DNA of 63,397 nucleotides, filler included, from Octopus bimaculoides (GCF_001194135.2; 6 parts of 6 records of this genome joined end to end with filler, not necessarily neighbours in it), one strand, 5' to 3'; shown: positions 42,826 through 57,079, numbered from the whole stretch's first letter. Notes: generated from the letters alone by a model not told the origin. A program made the numbers and translations.

Positions 42826-43075
42826 CAATAATGATTTTAAATTGGGGCACAAGGCCAGCAATTTCGGGGAGGAGATATGTCGATTACATGACCTCAGTGT
42901 GCAGCCGGTATTTTGCCGACCTTGAAAACATGAAAAACGAAGTCGACCTTGGCAGAATTTGAACTCAGAACGTAGAATCAGAAGAAATGTCGCTAAGCAT
43001 CTTGCCCGGAGTGCTAACGATTCTGCCAGCTCGGCGTCGATTATACCGGAATTTGAACTCAGAACGTAAAGCTGG
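41995..43075. mobile_element. SINE family B cluster: three + copies and one - copy separated by (TTA)n/(AAT)n
   Basis: Family B motifs at about 41995-42150, 42185-42375 and 42432-42645 (+), and 42835-43075 (-). Confidence 0.75.
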
Positions 43076-44251
43076 GAAAAATACAGCTGGGTATTTTTCC
43101 GGTGCGGTAACAAGGAAAAATAATAATAATTACAGAACATCCTATTTCAATTTCATTTTTTTTTTCTAGCTGGGGAATTTTAGAATAATTTTTCTTTTTC
43201 TTTTCCTTCTTTTATTCGTTTATTTTTCTATAATAACTGGGTTTCCATTCCATGGCCATCTGACATTGGTGTTATAATTATATACTGACGGAAGTAGTGG
43301 TGGTGGTGGTGGTGGTGGTTCTGAGGTAGATATAGATATAGAAGTGGTGGGGAGGCTGAGAGCTTGCTTCTGACTGGGGAAAGTACGCAACAGACTGCAA
43401 CGAATCTATGAGATTGAGCGGTTCGTTAAACGGATCATCATCGATCGTTAATTATCGCTAATCTCCTATGACGTCAGAAGATTAACCTAATAGATAAATA
43501 GACGTGGATAGACAGCACCTTAGTGGGTTTTTTCCCTTTCTGCACTAGCAGGAAGAATGACAATGGAAATAGTTTGTGGGGGTGGAGGAGGTGATGATGG
43601 TGGCGGTGGTGGTGTTGGTAGTGGTGGTGGTGGTGGTGTTTGTGTTGGTATTGGTAGTGAGGGTGGCAGTAGTTCTGGTAGTGGTGATAGTAATAGTGTT
43701 AGTGATTATAATGATGGCGGTGCGGATGATAATGACGATATTCATAGGGGCAATCGTGGTGATGGTATTGGTGGTAGTGGTAATGATAGTAGTGATGGTG
43801 GTGGTGGTGGTGGTGGTAGTGGTGGTAGTGCTGGTGGTGGTTATAGTGGCGCAGTGGCGGTGGTGATGGTGGTAGTAGCGACGATTGTTGTGACTGAGTG
43901 TTTATGAGCTTTTAACAAGAAAATACGAGACCACGTAGGAGGAACATTCTAGAAATGCTTCGAATAAAAGATAAGTTAAATCGATCAATCAATCAACCAA
44001 TCAATCAATAAATATTTGTTTTAGTTATAGGATACGATTCGGGAATCATTTTAGAGTCAACTCCGTGGAAAGGACTTTAAGTAAACCCTTCCGTTTGAAG
44101 AACCGAGGTAAAACTTTGGGTCAGTGCTTACAATATCCTCACGGTAGAGTAGCTACAGTATGTGGCTCCCGGAACAGCCTTTGTGTTTTCTGCCCACCCC
44201 GAGCTGTCATAGCATATATAGGCTTACACAACACGCCCAAAAATGCCGCCT

Positions 44252-44457
44252 TATAAAAGCATCGCCCGGGGAGGCCGGTCCCCATTGCGGCCCTACGTAC
44301 CCTATTGCATCTCCCGTCTTCCCTTTCTAGATTTATGGGGAAGCTGAAAAAACGAAGGAAAATATGGATGAATGTTAGATATTCTCTCTGAGTGTAATAG
44401 AACAAGATGGCTTGATCAGTCTAATGCCTCTAATAGCATTGGTCATTTTGCAAATTG
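44252..44457 (+). promoter_or_regulatory. Candidate TATA promoter and first/UTR exon ending at a strong donor, possibly an alternative SLC4 start
   Basis: TATAAAAG at 44252 in CpG-retaining unique DNA; donor TTG|GTAAGA at 44457/44458; ATG at 44424 in phase with exon A. Confidence 0.35.
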
Positions 44458-45294
44458 GTAAGATGGTGAATTCGCAAAGTCATTTGAGCGTTGGAAATAC
44501 CCACGTTGAGGGTTTTAAATCTTTGAACTGCAGCTATGCTAGGTCACTGTCGTGAAGACTGTAACACAACAAATCGGTCGCCGTACGTATTTTTAGGTTT
44601 CGTACTTATTCTATCAGTCTCTGGTGCTATACCGCTATGCTACGGGGACGTAAACAAACCAACACCAGTTGTGAAGCAATGGTGGTAGTGAAGGACAAAC
44701 AGACAGACGCATATATACACATACACGACGGTATTCTTCCAGTTTTCGTCGACTAAATTCATTCCAATGCTTTGGCCAGCCTGGGTTTATAATAGAAGAC
44801 ACTTACCCAAGGTGCCACTTAGTAATATTTAAATTTACTTCACTTCTGATCTACGACATCTTATGTGTTAAAAAAAATTGCTTTACGTAACGAAGAACAA
44901 AAAACGGAAAACTTAATCCATTTAACGTAAGAGTAGCTGTAATGGGATGGATTTCGTATGACTCTAATTGCGGAAAACGCCAAAGATTGGCGACTTCATG
45001 GTTCTGTATTTACGGCTTGCTAATAGGCAGAAACATTGTTACTTTCATCTGTGAACCCACAACAATGTGACTGTCCGCTTTTGTTTTCTTCCAAGCTTAT
45101 GGTCAAAGGAAATCGCAGCCCTTAAAGTGTACTTGCAGGCTGAAAGGGTTATGAGCTAAGTGTAATGCGATTGCGTTTATTTTAATATTTAATGCCTTGT
45201 TTGTTAGTTGTGTTTATATATAGAGAATTTACTTTAGGTGTTTCGTGGCATAACATGCACTTACCCACCATACACACGCACTTACCCACCATAC

Positions 45295-45366
<72 letters not shown>

Positions 45367-45737
45367 NNNNNNNNNNNNNNNNNNNNNNNNNNNNNNNNNN
45401 NNNNNNNNNNTTAATTAATTAANNNNNNNNNNNNNNNNNNNNNNNNNNNNNNNNNNNNNNNNNNNNCATATTAAAGAAATGTTTGCTACAACTTCGGGAA
45501 AACGGAAACTGTGAGGAAGCCCCTTAAATGGACTGTACCAGTAATTGAAACGTCCAGTTTTGTCTCATGCTGTATCACGCTTACAAGAAGCGTATAAGCT
45601 GTGGGTATAATGATCAATTAAAAATTATGCATTCATTCTATGAGCAGACCCTTCTGATGATGGAACAACTCGGATAGGCATCGTTGAAACCGACGGAAAT
45701 TCATTTAACGCAAGTGGGCTTAAGTAAAACTATCGCA

Positions 45738-45777
<40 letters not shown>

Positions 45778-47454
45778 GCGCGGCATGTTTCTTAACTTAC
45801 AAATCATAAAAGGTTAAGTAGTTTCATGACATTTTGATATAAATATGAGTTGACTTTCACTAATTACGCAATGATGTAATTTCTAGCACGCAACAACAGA
45901 CACCGCATCTAAACGGTGCTTCCCATCCGTATCGGCGATCGACTGGCAGACGCGTTAGAGCGTTGGATAGATCACTTTACAGCGATCGTTCTCACATTCT
46001 GCTCTGTAGGTTCAAATACTGCGGTGGTCAACTTTGCATTTCATCCCTTTGGAATTGATGATTAAAGTACCAGCTGTGTACTGGGTTGATTCTTCTCTTT
46101 TTGTCTCTTTGTCTTTCTTTCTTTCTAGAAGAGAGCGATACAAATACCAAAAGTTCTATCGAAAAGAAAACTCTCCTTATGATCGGCCATAATGCGCTGA
46201 TCAATGCGATTAACTTAACAAATCAAGAAACTGGTCTCTACGTGATAGAGGCTCCTTCCTTGGCTATCATTAAACCTGGGCGGAGGTCAACTCCGCCAGG
46301 TCTAAAAATGCCGAAGACTGCCATGTGTTACGATGACGCTCCACATCCTACCCCACAGTTCCATGGAATTTGAGGAATAAAGTTTGAGGAATTCTATGAC
46401 ACACTCCACTAGGAAACGGATTCTTAAGTTGCGTAGTAAAATCACATTTTTAAATGAAAAACTCCAATTTCTAACAAGTAATTTTATTGGTATATTTAGC
46501 AGAAAGAAGTCATTTTTGAGAGTGAAAAATTTTACTCCGTGAAGTTATTTATTGAAATATAATGAAGTATTTTTCTCATTGTATTGCATTTCTCGCCATA
46601 GTGTGAAATGCTTTGTCGAGCCGTCTGTTTTATCTAAAGTTTCCTCCACGCGCGATCACGGCTGTGTGGTACGAAATTTGCTATTAATCACATGATTTGG
46701 GGTTCAGTCCCACTGTGATGCACTTTTGTCAAATGCTATGGAGAAAGTTGTTTGCTTTCATATTGAAAAACAATCTCGTTTAGTACACGGGCTTGTTGTA
46801 AATTCATGTCAATAAAACTATGAATAAATGAATCAAGGGGCATTACTCTCGGATGGCATCTTTTGGATATTTGTCTCCCTTGAATTTGTCATTTGGACAA
46901 ATTTATGGTTGCATTATTTGGTTTTTATTCTGGATATGGTGTTCTTATAATTTATGTGCTGAGGTCGTCCGTCATTGGAGAATATGTCATCTTTGTGTGG
47001 AGGTTGTGTGCTATGTGTGTTAACGTTTAGGAAAGGGACTGTCCTGATGTGGTTACCGTCGTAGATAGGGGTTCTTCTTTGAAATATTTGAGTGTAAAAT
47101 AGTGCTTGTGTATGCAGGGAGAGAAGGTTTCATCCCAAATGTTTAAGATGTGTGGTAATATGCTCACTTATCAACCACGTGATTCCAGGTTCAGTCCCAC
47201 AGCGTGGCAACTTGGGCAAGTGTCTTCTACTGTAGACTCGGGCCTATTACTTTCTCCATATTATATTTTGAATTCTTAAAAACGTCTTTTTTTCTCTATT
47301 AGACATCCTACTGATCAGATGACGAATATTCACTTGAGGAATTTCTTGCCAAGTTTCGTACAGTAATCTCAAAATATCTAGTATAAGGATGCTTTCCTGC
47401 TGTCCTGTCCATTATGCCCAGAGGTGTGTGTGTGTGATAGTGAATCTTTATCTT

Positions 47455-47725
47455 TCATCTTTTACTGTGACCATGCAGGACTACAACTACGCTGGATTGC
47501 TTTCCTACCATTCTCATATCAATTAATATATAATCCATCAAGACCCTATCTACTACTGTTCCTCTCTCTACCCTCCACCACGTGAACTTGAATAGACTAT
47601 TCCCCACCATCATCTCCTGCACCATACACATTTCCAACAACCTCCTTCCACTCACATTCCGACCAGGAGCTCCATATTTTTCTAATACATTTTCTACTTC
47701 CTGATCTCCCACTCGTGCATACAAA
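47455..47725 (-). mobile_element. LINE AP-endonuclease fragment (RTE-like)
   Basis: ARVGDQEVENVLEKYGAPGRNVSGRRLLEMC...GNSLFKFTW...LMDYILID. Confidence 0.7.
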
Positions 47726-48193
47726 TCATTTAACGAAGTAAACTGTTGTTCCTGTAGCGATGAATTTCAAACGTGTTATATAATGAGATGGATAACTGAC
47801 AGACTCATTTGAAATAATGCGTGCAGTTGACCCATTCTGCTTCTAACGATTGATTAAGAATTGATATGCAATTTATGTATTTATGTACGTATGCCTTCAC
47901 CGCAAGTCACTAAGGAGCCTCCAAGTAGTCGTTCGGCTTAAGAAAACTGCTGCCCAGGTAGAGATCAAATGATACCCAGCTGTCTTGATAATAGATGCAT
48001 ATACTGCATGAAAGATCCGTGCACATTAAGTTGTCGTTATGACTAATGAACTGTCAAACTTAGTCTCGCAAAGTCACCTACTTAACAAAATATNNNNNNN
48101 NNNNNNNNNNNNNNNNNNNNNNNNNNNNNNNNNNNNNTTAATTAATTAANNNNNNNNNNNNNNNNNNNNNNNNNNNNNNNNNNNNNNNNNNNN

Positions 48194-48228
<35 letters not shown>

Positions 48229-48489
48229 ATGTATATAGACATATATAGATGTGTATGTATATAGAGACACATGTATATATGTATGTATATAGAGACGTGT
48301 GTGTGTGTGCCTGTTTGTGTATGTGTATATATGTATATGCGTGTGTGTGTGTGCATATGTATATAGAGACACACGCACACAGAAGATGCAATGAATGAAC
48401 TAGCATCTAAATTATGCAGCAATGAAAATAACACTGACATCTCATTTTAACAGATATATTTACCAAAATTACAGAAAAATATCTTGAAA

Positions 48490-49145
48490 TACTAAAGAGT
48501 AAATTTATTCAATAAAATCGCTATTGACTTCAACGATGGCCTCCAGACATCTTCAGAATCTCCTGCAATTCTTCTGGATGATCTCCTTGTTCAAGTTGGT
48601 GACTGCTGCCATAATCCTTGCCTTCAGTGTTACAAGGAGTTTTGTTGGTTTCTCTCTTAACTCTGCCCTGCACATAATAATTATGAGAGTTGCCGTCTGG
48701 GAAGTTAGGTGGCCAGATGTTAAGGCGATGTGGTCTCAGAAATTGTGTAACAGCCATGTCTGTGTTCTCCTGCTTGTGTGGCATGGTGCAGTGTCCTGTT
48801 GCCAGACATAAGGTCTTCTTGCAATTACCTTCTTGACTCAGGGCAGCACTACCTTCTCCAGGCACTTGATGTAGGCCTCTGTGTTGAGTGTGAGGTTATG
48901 TGGGAAGATGACTGGAGGTATAACCTCGCCAAACACCATGATGTTGACTGGATGTTTGATTTTTATCTCTCTTGGTACATGTCCAGATTGCACTGTCCTC
49001 AGATTGACACCCAAACACTCTGAAATGTTTGTATTGGAGTTTCTGACACAGATGGCAAGCAGTACAGCATGTTATTTCCAAATTTCTGGCAGAGTGAATT
49101 GCATCTTGGTGCTGTTTTTCTCAAAGATGGTGCCCATTTGACTGT
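48490..49145 (-). mobile_element. Decayed, internally deleted DD37D-like transposase
   Basis: KHPVNIMVFGEVIPPVIFPHNL, RPYVWQQDTAPCHTSRRTQTWL and NIWPPNFPD, with stops. Confidence 0.7.
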
Positions 49146-49517
49146 ACTATACTGTATAGTCGACAAAATCAAAAACAAAAAATGTACATGCACAAAACTA
49201 GAATTATAATATGGCAACAGTTTACCCATCACACCCTGTATGTATGTACATAGTTACATATGCATGTGTGTATATATATATATATATATAAAATAAATAA
49301 TAAATGAGTATATGCATATATACGTACAAGTATGTGCATACCTACATCTACCTGTATATATAGGTGCATATCTGGGTACAGGATGTTGCAAACAAAACGT
49401 AGACAAAAAAATAATAATAACCAGAGTACAGAAAATATACAGGCCACATAGAGAACATTTTCCTTCATCAGCTGCTACCATTCTAACACAGGCGTTTCGA
49501 AGAGTTAGGGCAGGACG

Positions 49518-49566
<49 letters not shown>

Positions 49567-49831
49567 GTTATAAATATATATCAAATCTTGACTTAAAAGA
49601 TGGACACATCTGTAATAAAACTTTTTTTAATTTATAGCTACTGTTTCCTTTTCAGCTGAATTTCCATTGACTGAAAATGTAAGGAGGATTTAAATATAAA
49701 TTCAGTCTGTTTACTTGAACTGTAACCCAGCATAAGAATGACAAAATAAGTTATATTGATAGAGATCTGTGAAACAGTGTACAATGGTTTTAGCTCTGAT
49801 ACTGATTCTTGCTTATTCTTTTCTTTATTAG

Positions 49832-49970
49832 CAACCCCGCCATCTCAGCGCATTCAGTTCTTGCTTGGAGAAGATGATGAAGATGAAGAACATCGGGCAC
49901 ATGATATGTTCTGTGAAATGGCAGAACTCCACTATGTGGATGGAGAATCCGAATGGAAAGAAAGTGCCAG
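49832..49970 (+). CDS. SLC4A8/SLC4A10-like: SLC4 Na+-coupled bicarbonate transporter (NDCBE/NCBE-like), internal exon A
   Basis: Acceptor ttctttattag|, donor |gtacac, 139 nt, phase 1 to 2. Encodes TPPSQRIQFLLGEDDEDEEHRAHDMFCEMAELHYVDGESEWKESAR, matching the SLC4 TPSQRVQFILG...EWRETAR block. Confidence 0.95.
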
Positions 49971-52900
49971 GTACACCCCTAAAGCTGTTTTGTTGTTATT
50001 ACTGATGATGTGTTTTAGATAAGTATTTTTGTTTAGCCTTGATTGAGCGAATATATCAGAGACATTCCAGCTATGACTATCCCATTTTCTTTCTTTTTTA
50101 AGTACTTTAGCCTACACTATCCAGTGTTCAATGAGGTGTGGTTTGAGGGAGATCTGTTTGCTTTTTCAAGCAAGTTGAAAGACCACATAGAGGCACCCTC
50201 ATTGACTCATTTGAAAAATATTCTAAATATAGGTGATGGTGACCTCCATCCTTCCACCACCACAACCATTATCATCATCATGGATTTCATCTTCCCACCA
50301 TCAACTACCACCATCTTTATCATCATACCACCATCACCACCACTACCACCATCATCATTGGTTTAATAGTCACTTTTCCCTGTTACCCTGGGTCGGATGG
50401 AATTTTGTTGAGGTAGATTTTCAATGGCTGGAAGCTATTCCTGTCACCAACCCTCACCAGTTTCCAAGCAAGGTAATATTTCCCCATGGTCAGACATATT
50501 TCCATGGAAAATAAAAGACACCACATGCATGATGGTGACACTTGTTTACAACTGTCACATGCTGCCAAAGCAAGGAGATAGTAATATACACACACTCATA
50601 CATACACACACTTGCGCATGCACACACACACACACTGGATTTCTTTCAGTTTCTATCAAATCCACTCACAAGACATTTTGTTGGTCCAAGGCTATAGTAG
50701 AAGATGCTTGCCCAAAGTACTGTGCAGTGGGATGGAATCCACTACCACATGGTTGGGAAGTAAACTTCTTACCCACATAATCATAGCTGCATGAACTTTT
50801 CCTTATTCTTTTTATGAGTATGAGTTTGATGAATCTGGAAACTTGATGTTTGGCTAATTGATTACTACAGGAAATATTCTTTTTTCTGAATGTCCTTCCT
50901 TAAGTCACCAAGTAGAAGTTGGACTAATATTTAACACATTGCTTACCATAGGAGTCACCAGTAATTCCCTATATTCTTGGTCTTGGTATGCAAAGTGTTA
51001 GTGTAGTAAAGTAAAAATTTCTCTCTCTTTGGTCGCGATGCTTTCACAGATTTTCATGTTTCTCTGTCACCATCCAATTCCATTATTATTAATTTGATTT
51101 GGGAGCTTGAGTTGTGAATTTTTCATGAGATGAAAGTAAAAATAAAAATGTTTAATTTCAATTGTTTCAGCTAAGTTTCGTTCTCATGTTTCAATTCAAG
51201 TATTTTTTTGCATTCCTGCTGGTTATGTTTCATCCTTATTATATTTGTGACATCCAAACTGTATTAGGAATCCAGTAATTATGCTCTTATTTATAATGTC
51301 TTCTCAGGTTCTCTAGAGATATTCAAACATCAAAACCATTCACTTTTATGTCAGTATTTACTGTGTGGTCTATACAGTAGAGAATATAGCATTATCATTG
51401 AAGTGACAGTCATGAACCAGCTTCTACAGTTACTGGACCTGCTACAAATAGCAACCAAACCATACCCTGTTATCTTACAAAAAGAAGGATGCTTTAGACA
51501 ATGTGTTTCTTGGATGGCCATGGCTGGAATGCCATTTGTCTTGTATTTGCTTGATCAGGATTGTGTGGATTAAACAAGTTGATCAGGATGCATCTATTTT
51601 AATAATATATGAACCTGTTTACTTATATATGAGTCTTTTCATGAGATACTATTCAAAGACTGGGCGATCGCATTATAGAATTGTAAAGTTTGAAAAGCTT
51701 TGTTGGGCTAAGTTTTAACTGTAAGACAGTAGAACAGTATAATATTGCAGATAAATACATCCCCTCACCATTAAAATCGAATTATATTTATTTATTAAAT
51801 GATTAGATAAAATCTTCTAAGCTTGTTGGTTGAGTACCTCCCATCAATATTTTGCTGTGATTTTTAGTAAAGCTGTCTGAAACAATCTATAAGAAGAGCC
51901 GCAGTTATCTATTTAACCATTAAATAATTTGTTTTGCTTTTAGGTCATCCACCTATAGAACATGTTTCTTTTTAACAGATTATCCACCTGTAGAACTATA
52001 CAAATAGTTTTATTCAATTCATATAGTTAATCTTTTCATTATTACAGAGGGCTGTAGAAATGTTACTCAACTTAGAAGAGAGAGAAAAATTTCCTTCTGG
52101 ATAGAATAGTAGTCTAAAATTTGTGCAGCCAACATAAAAAAGTACTACTTACAATCTAGGGTGTGCTATTGTTACACCTACAAACATCCTGGCCCATATC
52201 CAAAAAAAAAAAAAAAAAAAAAAAATGCTAATTGGTTGATTCACTCACCAACACCCTAAGTCATTAGTTTCACTGATTTACTGTTCCTTCTCTGTCGCTA
52301 TGTCTTTATTACAAAGGCCTCTACTTCCCTGAACTTGCAGGTTATTTAAGTATTCCTTTTCTGTCATACCTGATGCAACCTGCTTTCCTCTTTGCTCATT
52401 TCTACAATGTCTAACTCCTCAGATATTACATTAAACATGACTCTATCATTCTCCCCTCAGACCAACATCCCTTCCTACCCATATTTTTCTTGCAGATGTT
52501 GACATACAGAAGTTCAAATTGGATATAGTGGTCTGAGGAAGTTTACAAAGGGTATGAGTACTCCCAAATTTAATTAATACTGCCCATTAATGATGAGCAA
52601 GTAGAAACCAGTAGTTGTGATGAACAGATCATACTCTATTCATGATCTCAACAACTGATGGCCACTTCAGTGGCATTAAGCCACAACAATCCTTATTATA
52701 TCTAATTATAAGATCCCTGTTCTTATAATTAGATCTGATCTTGGTGTCAAAATTGTTGAGAAAGTGTTCTGACTTGGTACGGACCTGATAAGAAAGTCTA
52801 GTTCTTCAAATACTTCTCCTTAGGGTTTCTCATTGAGGATGCTTAAGTGTTGGTGATCATTTGTTTACCAGAAGCAACAGTGTGAATCCCCTGTATTGGC

Positions 52901-54499
52901 TTTATTGGTTTCTGAAAAAAGAGGTGTTAAACATTCCTGCTGATTCTTCAGGAATTCATCATTGTCATCATCATCATTTAGCATTTGCTTTCCATGCTGG
53001 CATGGATTAAACGATTTGATTGAAACTGGTAAGCTGTGGGGCTACACCAGGTTCCAATCTGATTTGGCATGGTTTCTATGGCTAGATGCCTTTTCTAATG
53101 CCAACCACTCCAAGAATGTAATGGGTGTCAGTTATGTGACTGTGGTTTCACTTGGCTTGATGAATTAGTTATATAAATACATATATATATATAGTTATAT
53201 AAAATAGTTATATAGTTATATAAAAGCAATTCCTTCTGAAAACCAAAGGTATGGCTATTACGCCTTGTGATAAATAGGTATAAAAATGTGAAAATTATGA
53301 CTGTTTTGAGGTTTAAAGTTACCTTAAAGATGTTTAAAGTCCTCTTAGAGGTATGTAATATCCCCTTAAAGATATAGAAAACTGCTCATTATTTTTTGTT
53401 GCTTAACTGACTATTTCTGTAAGACTGCAGGGTGTGATTTTAGGCAGATTTCTAGCAGATCACAAACATAAAAACTCATTCACTGGATCATTGCCCATTG
53501 GCTCATTAGTTAGACACCTTATATACACTAATGTAAGTGTTGTTCTAAATACAGTTGTTATGTATATATATATATATATATATATATTTCTGCCTCAATC
53601 ACCACTAGTTCTTTATTTTCCCCTTCTACAGTTAGCTAAGTAAATTCTTCCTAGTAATGCCACACTGGTTGTTGTTCGTACCATCGGTAACTTCAACTAA
53701 GTATATCCGATCTTCTCCTTGTAAGCGTGCACATTATTATCATTATTATTTCTCCACTAAATATCCTGTACCTTGTTTTACCATTAACTTGCGTTAATAT
53801 CCGTATAATAATACAATATATTACTAGGCTATGATGCTTTATTTATTTTTTATATTTACTTTCTTCACTTTATATTAGTATGTCATTAGTTTTTTCCTTA
53901 AGGAGAAAATGTTTTTATATTTGATGAACTCTCTTGGTTCTCTCCCTTCCTCCACTTTTGACTTAGCAATTAGCTTACGACTTCTAGTTTACTCTACTAT
54001 GATCTATTTTGCCCTCCTCCCCCCATTTTAATCATTTAATTTAAACCTTTAGTATTACATTTACAGCCTCCTCCCTTTATAACTCTATGTAAACAAGCGT
54101 TCTTACTTCTATCGGTCACTTACTTGGCCATGTAATATTATAACTCGTAAGTTACCTCATCATTTCGCATTTGTCTTGCTTTTATATGTTGGTTCCCTGA
54201 CGATGAATATATGTGGAACTCCAGCAGCTCTTACTTCTTTGGAGTAGAGCACACATATATTTTGAAGCATGTGTAGGAATTAAAGGAGCTTTTATTTATA
54301 TGCGTTTTGCTCCATTTATTGTTATTATTCATATCTACTCAAAATGCATCACTTCAACTTGGTATCTCTACCTATAAAATGGGTGTGATATCCTGTTTTT
54401 TTGTGTAATTTTTGCTACCCAAGGTAACTATTAACATATTTACATTGTCAAGGGTTTTTTTAAAACTGAGATAATATTAATATATACATAAACTTATAT

Positions 54500-54865
54500 C
54501 ATCATCATCATCATCATCGTTTAACGTCTGCTTTCCATGGGTTGGACGATTTGACTGAGGACTGGTGAAACCGGATGGCAACACCAGGCTCCAGTCTGAT
54601 TTGGCAGAGTTTCTACAGCTGGATGCCCTTCCTAACGCCAACCACTCAGAGAGTGTAGTGGGTGCTTTTACGTGTCACCCGCACGAAAACGGCCACACTC
54701 GAAATGGTGTCTTTTATGTGCCACCCGCACAAGCCAGTCCAGGGGCACTGGCAACGATCTCGCTCGAAAATCCTACAGGAGCCAGTCAGGTGGTACTGGC
54801 AACGGCCACGCTCAAAATGGTGCATCTCATGTGCCACCCGCACAAGAACCAGTCCAGGGGCATAT
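54500..54865 (-). mobile_element. RTE-related element 3'UTR, same family as 29752-30018; further remnants at about 52965-53130, 60205-60330 and 62860-63050
   Basis: Near-identical to 29752-30018 (catcatcgtttaacgtc...ctggatgcccttcctaacgccaaccactcagagagtgtagtggg). Confidence 0.8.
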
Positions 54866-55422
54866 ATATTAATATACATATATAATANNNNNNNNNNNNN
54901 NNNNNNNNNNNNNNNNNNNNNNNNNNNNNNNNNNNNNNNNNNNNNNNNNNNNNNNNNNNNNNNNNNNNNNNNNNNNNNNNNNNNNNNNNNNNNNNNNNNN
55001 NNNNNNNNNNNNNNNNNNNNNNNNNNNNNNNNNNNNNNNNNNNNNNNNNNNNNNNNNNNNNNNNNNNNNNNNNNNNNNNNNNNNNNNNNNNNNNNNNNNN
55101 NNNNNNNNNNNNNNNNNNNNNNNNNNNNNNNNNNNNNNNNNNNNNNNNNNNNNNNNNNNNNNNNNNNNNNNNNNNNNNNNNNNNNNNNNNNNNNNNNNNN
55201 NNNNNNNNNNNNNNNNNNNNNNNNNNTATATATATATATATATATATTGATATAAATACATATATATATATATATAAATATATATGAATATACATATATA
55301 TATAAATACACATGTATGTGCATAAGTGTATATATGTGTGTATATTATATTCATGACACCTTCCTTTGTTTTCTGTTATATTTTGTGAATGAACTAACAT
55401 CTTCACCTTATGCATATTTCAG

Positions 55423-55583
55423 ATGGATTAAATTTGAAGAAGATGTGGAAGAAGGTGGCGACCGATGGTCCAAACCTCACGTTGCAACATTATCCCTACA
55501 TTCAATTTTTGAACTGCGCTGTTGTATTATGAGTGGTACATGTATGTTGGACATGGATACTTCTAACATGCAGCAAATGTCAG
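55423..55583 (+). CDS. SLC4A8/SLC4A10-like: SLC4 transporter, internal exon B
   Basis: Acceptor catatttcag|, donor |gtaaat, 161 nt, phase 2 to 1. Encodes [53 protein letters not shown] (SLC4 hallmark motif), in phase with exon A. Confidence 0.97.
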
Positions 55584-55989
55584 GTAAATAAAATATTGTG
55601 AGTTGTTCTTGCATTACATTTGACTTATAGTTGAAAGTTAAATGTTTAAGAAGGTTGTTTTATGACAGTGTGGTTTGAAGTTTCGTCCTATTGTGCTGCA
55701 TCTTGGGTAAGTACCTTCTATGACCTTGGGTCAATCAATGCTCTGTAAGTGAATTTGGTAGAAGGAAACTGTGGAATCCTGTTGTGTGTGTATATACATG
55801 TGTGTGTATATACGTGTGTGTGTATTTGTTTTGTTTGTTGTATTTCTTCCCCATCTCTTGACAGCCGGTATTGAATTGTTAACACCTTTTCCCCTGACTT
55901 AGCAGTTTGACAAAAGAAAATCAATAGAATAAGTATCAGACTTTAAAAGAACGAGTACTGGGATTGATTTGATTGTCTAAACTTTTTGA

Positions 55990-56206
55990 CCCTTTAGCAT
56001 GTAAACTGGCCATATCTGGCCAAAATATTCTCTTTGTTTTATGTTCAAACTCATCAAATACAGTCTCTTACATCTACCCTGAAATGTCATACTAAAAGTA
56101 AATCCCTTAATCGAAATCTCTAAGCTACAAGATAATGCATAATTAATTCCAAACAATATGAATAAAAAAGCAGTATATTTGACAAACTAATCTGAATGCT
56201 AAAGGG
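55990..56206. mobile_element. TTAA-type (piggyBac-like) MITE; a split copy at about 61628-61680 + 62262-62393 and a relative at about 8008-8178
   Basis: TIR CCCTTTAGCAT ... ATGCTAAAGGG flanked by TTGA/TTAA. Confidence 0.65.
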
Positions 56207-57079
56207 TTAAGGTTATGTCCTAGCATAGCTGCAGCTCATTGACTGAGATACGTAAAAGATAAGGGACACAAAAAGATATCTGTCCATTTTTTTTTTTATC
56301 ACTTATACTTAATCAGGAAGGAAGGACAGTGCTTGTTACTCTTTATAGTGCTTATGAGACTAATGGAAGGGAGAAAAACAGCTGACCTGGAGACTCTGTT
56401 CAAGGCACTCAAGAACAACATGTTGGGTTAAGTCTACCTCGCAAACTAAGAGATGAAACTAGAAAAACAACTATTGTAGCTTAATAAGTTGGTTGAAGGT
56501 AATCTGAGGGGAACTTAGCTGCTATTTCTTGCAGGTCTAGCAAACTCACTAGATGCACTCTTGAGAGAGAGGTTTATTTTGTATAAACAAACTGTCATAA
56601 GAATGGATGACTTCATTTTTTTTTTTTTTTTTAATCACTGAACTGAATTTCATGATTTTGCGTACTTTTGTGGGGTAGAAATAAAGTTTTGGAGTTGAAG
56701 CTCCAGCCCTGAGAAAAAAAAAAAGAAAAAAATTGTATGCAAGAAACAAATATATTTGGTGTAAATGATTAAGCATTAGATTAATCAAATTATAGTGTAA
56801 AACATGAGATTAGGAAAATTAGTTAACAGAAATTTGAATGAATTGATAAACATTTAAAAAATAATTACAAAATTTTATAAATTTAATACCTGGTAAACTT
56901 TAAATATAATTGCTTCTATGATATGCCAATGTTTGTAATGGTAAATATTTCATTCAATCATACTTTTTAATTTCTATTCCTCCCTCCCTCTCTCTCTCTC
57001 TCTTTATTCTTGTGTGTTTACAATTAATCAGAATAAATTGGATTTGCTAATCACTTAAATTATATTTTCTGTTTAACAG

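Noticed and set aside
44364-44379. MDE|S micro first exon using AAT|GTTAGA
   Set aside because: In phase with exon A, but the donor is weak compared with 44458; not pursued.
45652-45700. CTGATGA...GAAACCG hammerhead-like motif
   Set aside because: No convincing stem II or cleavage triplet.
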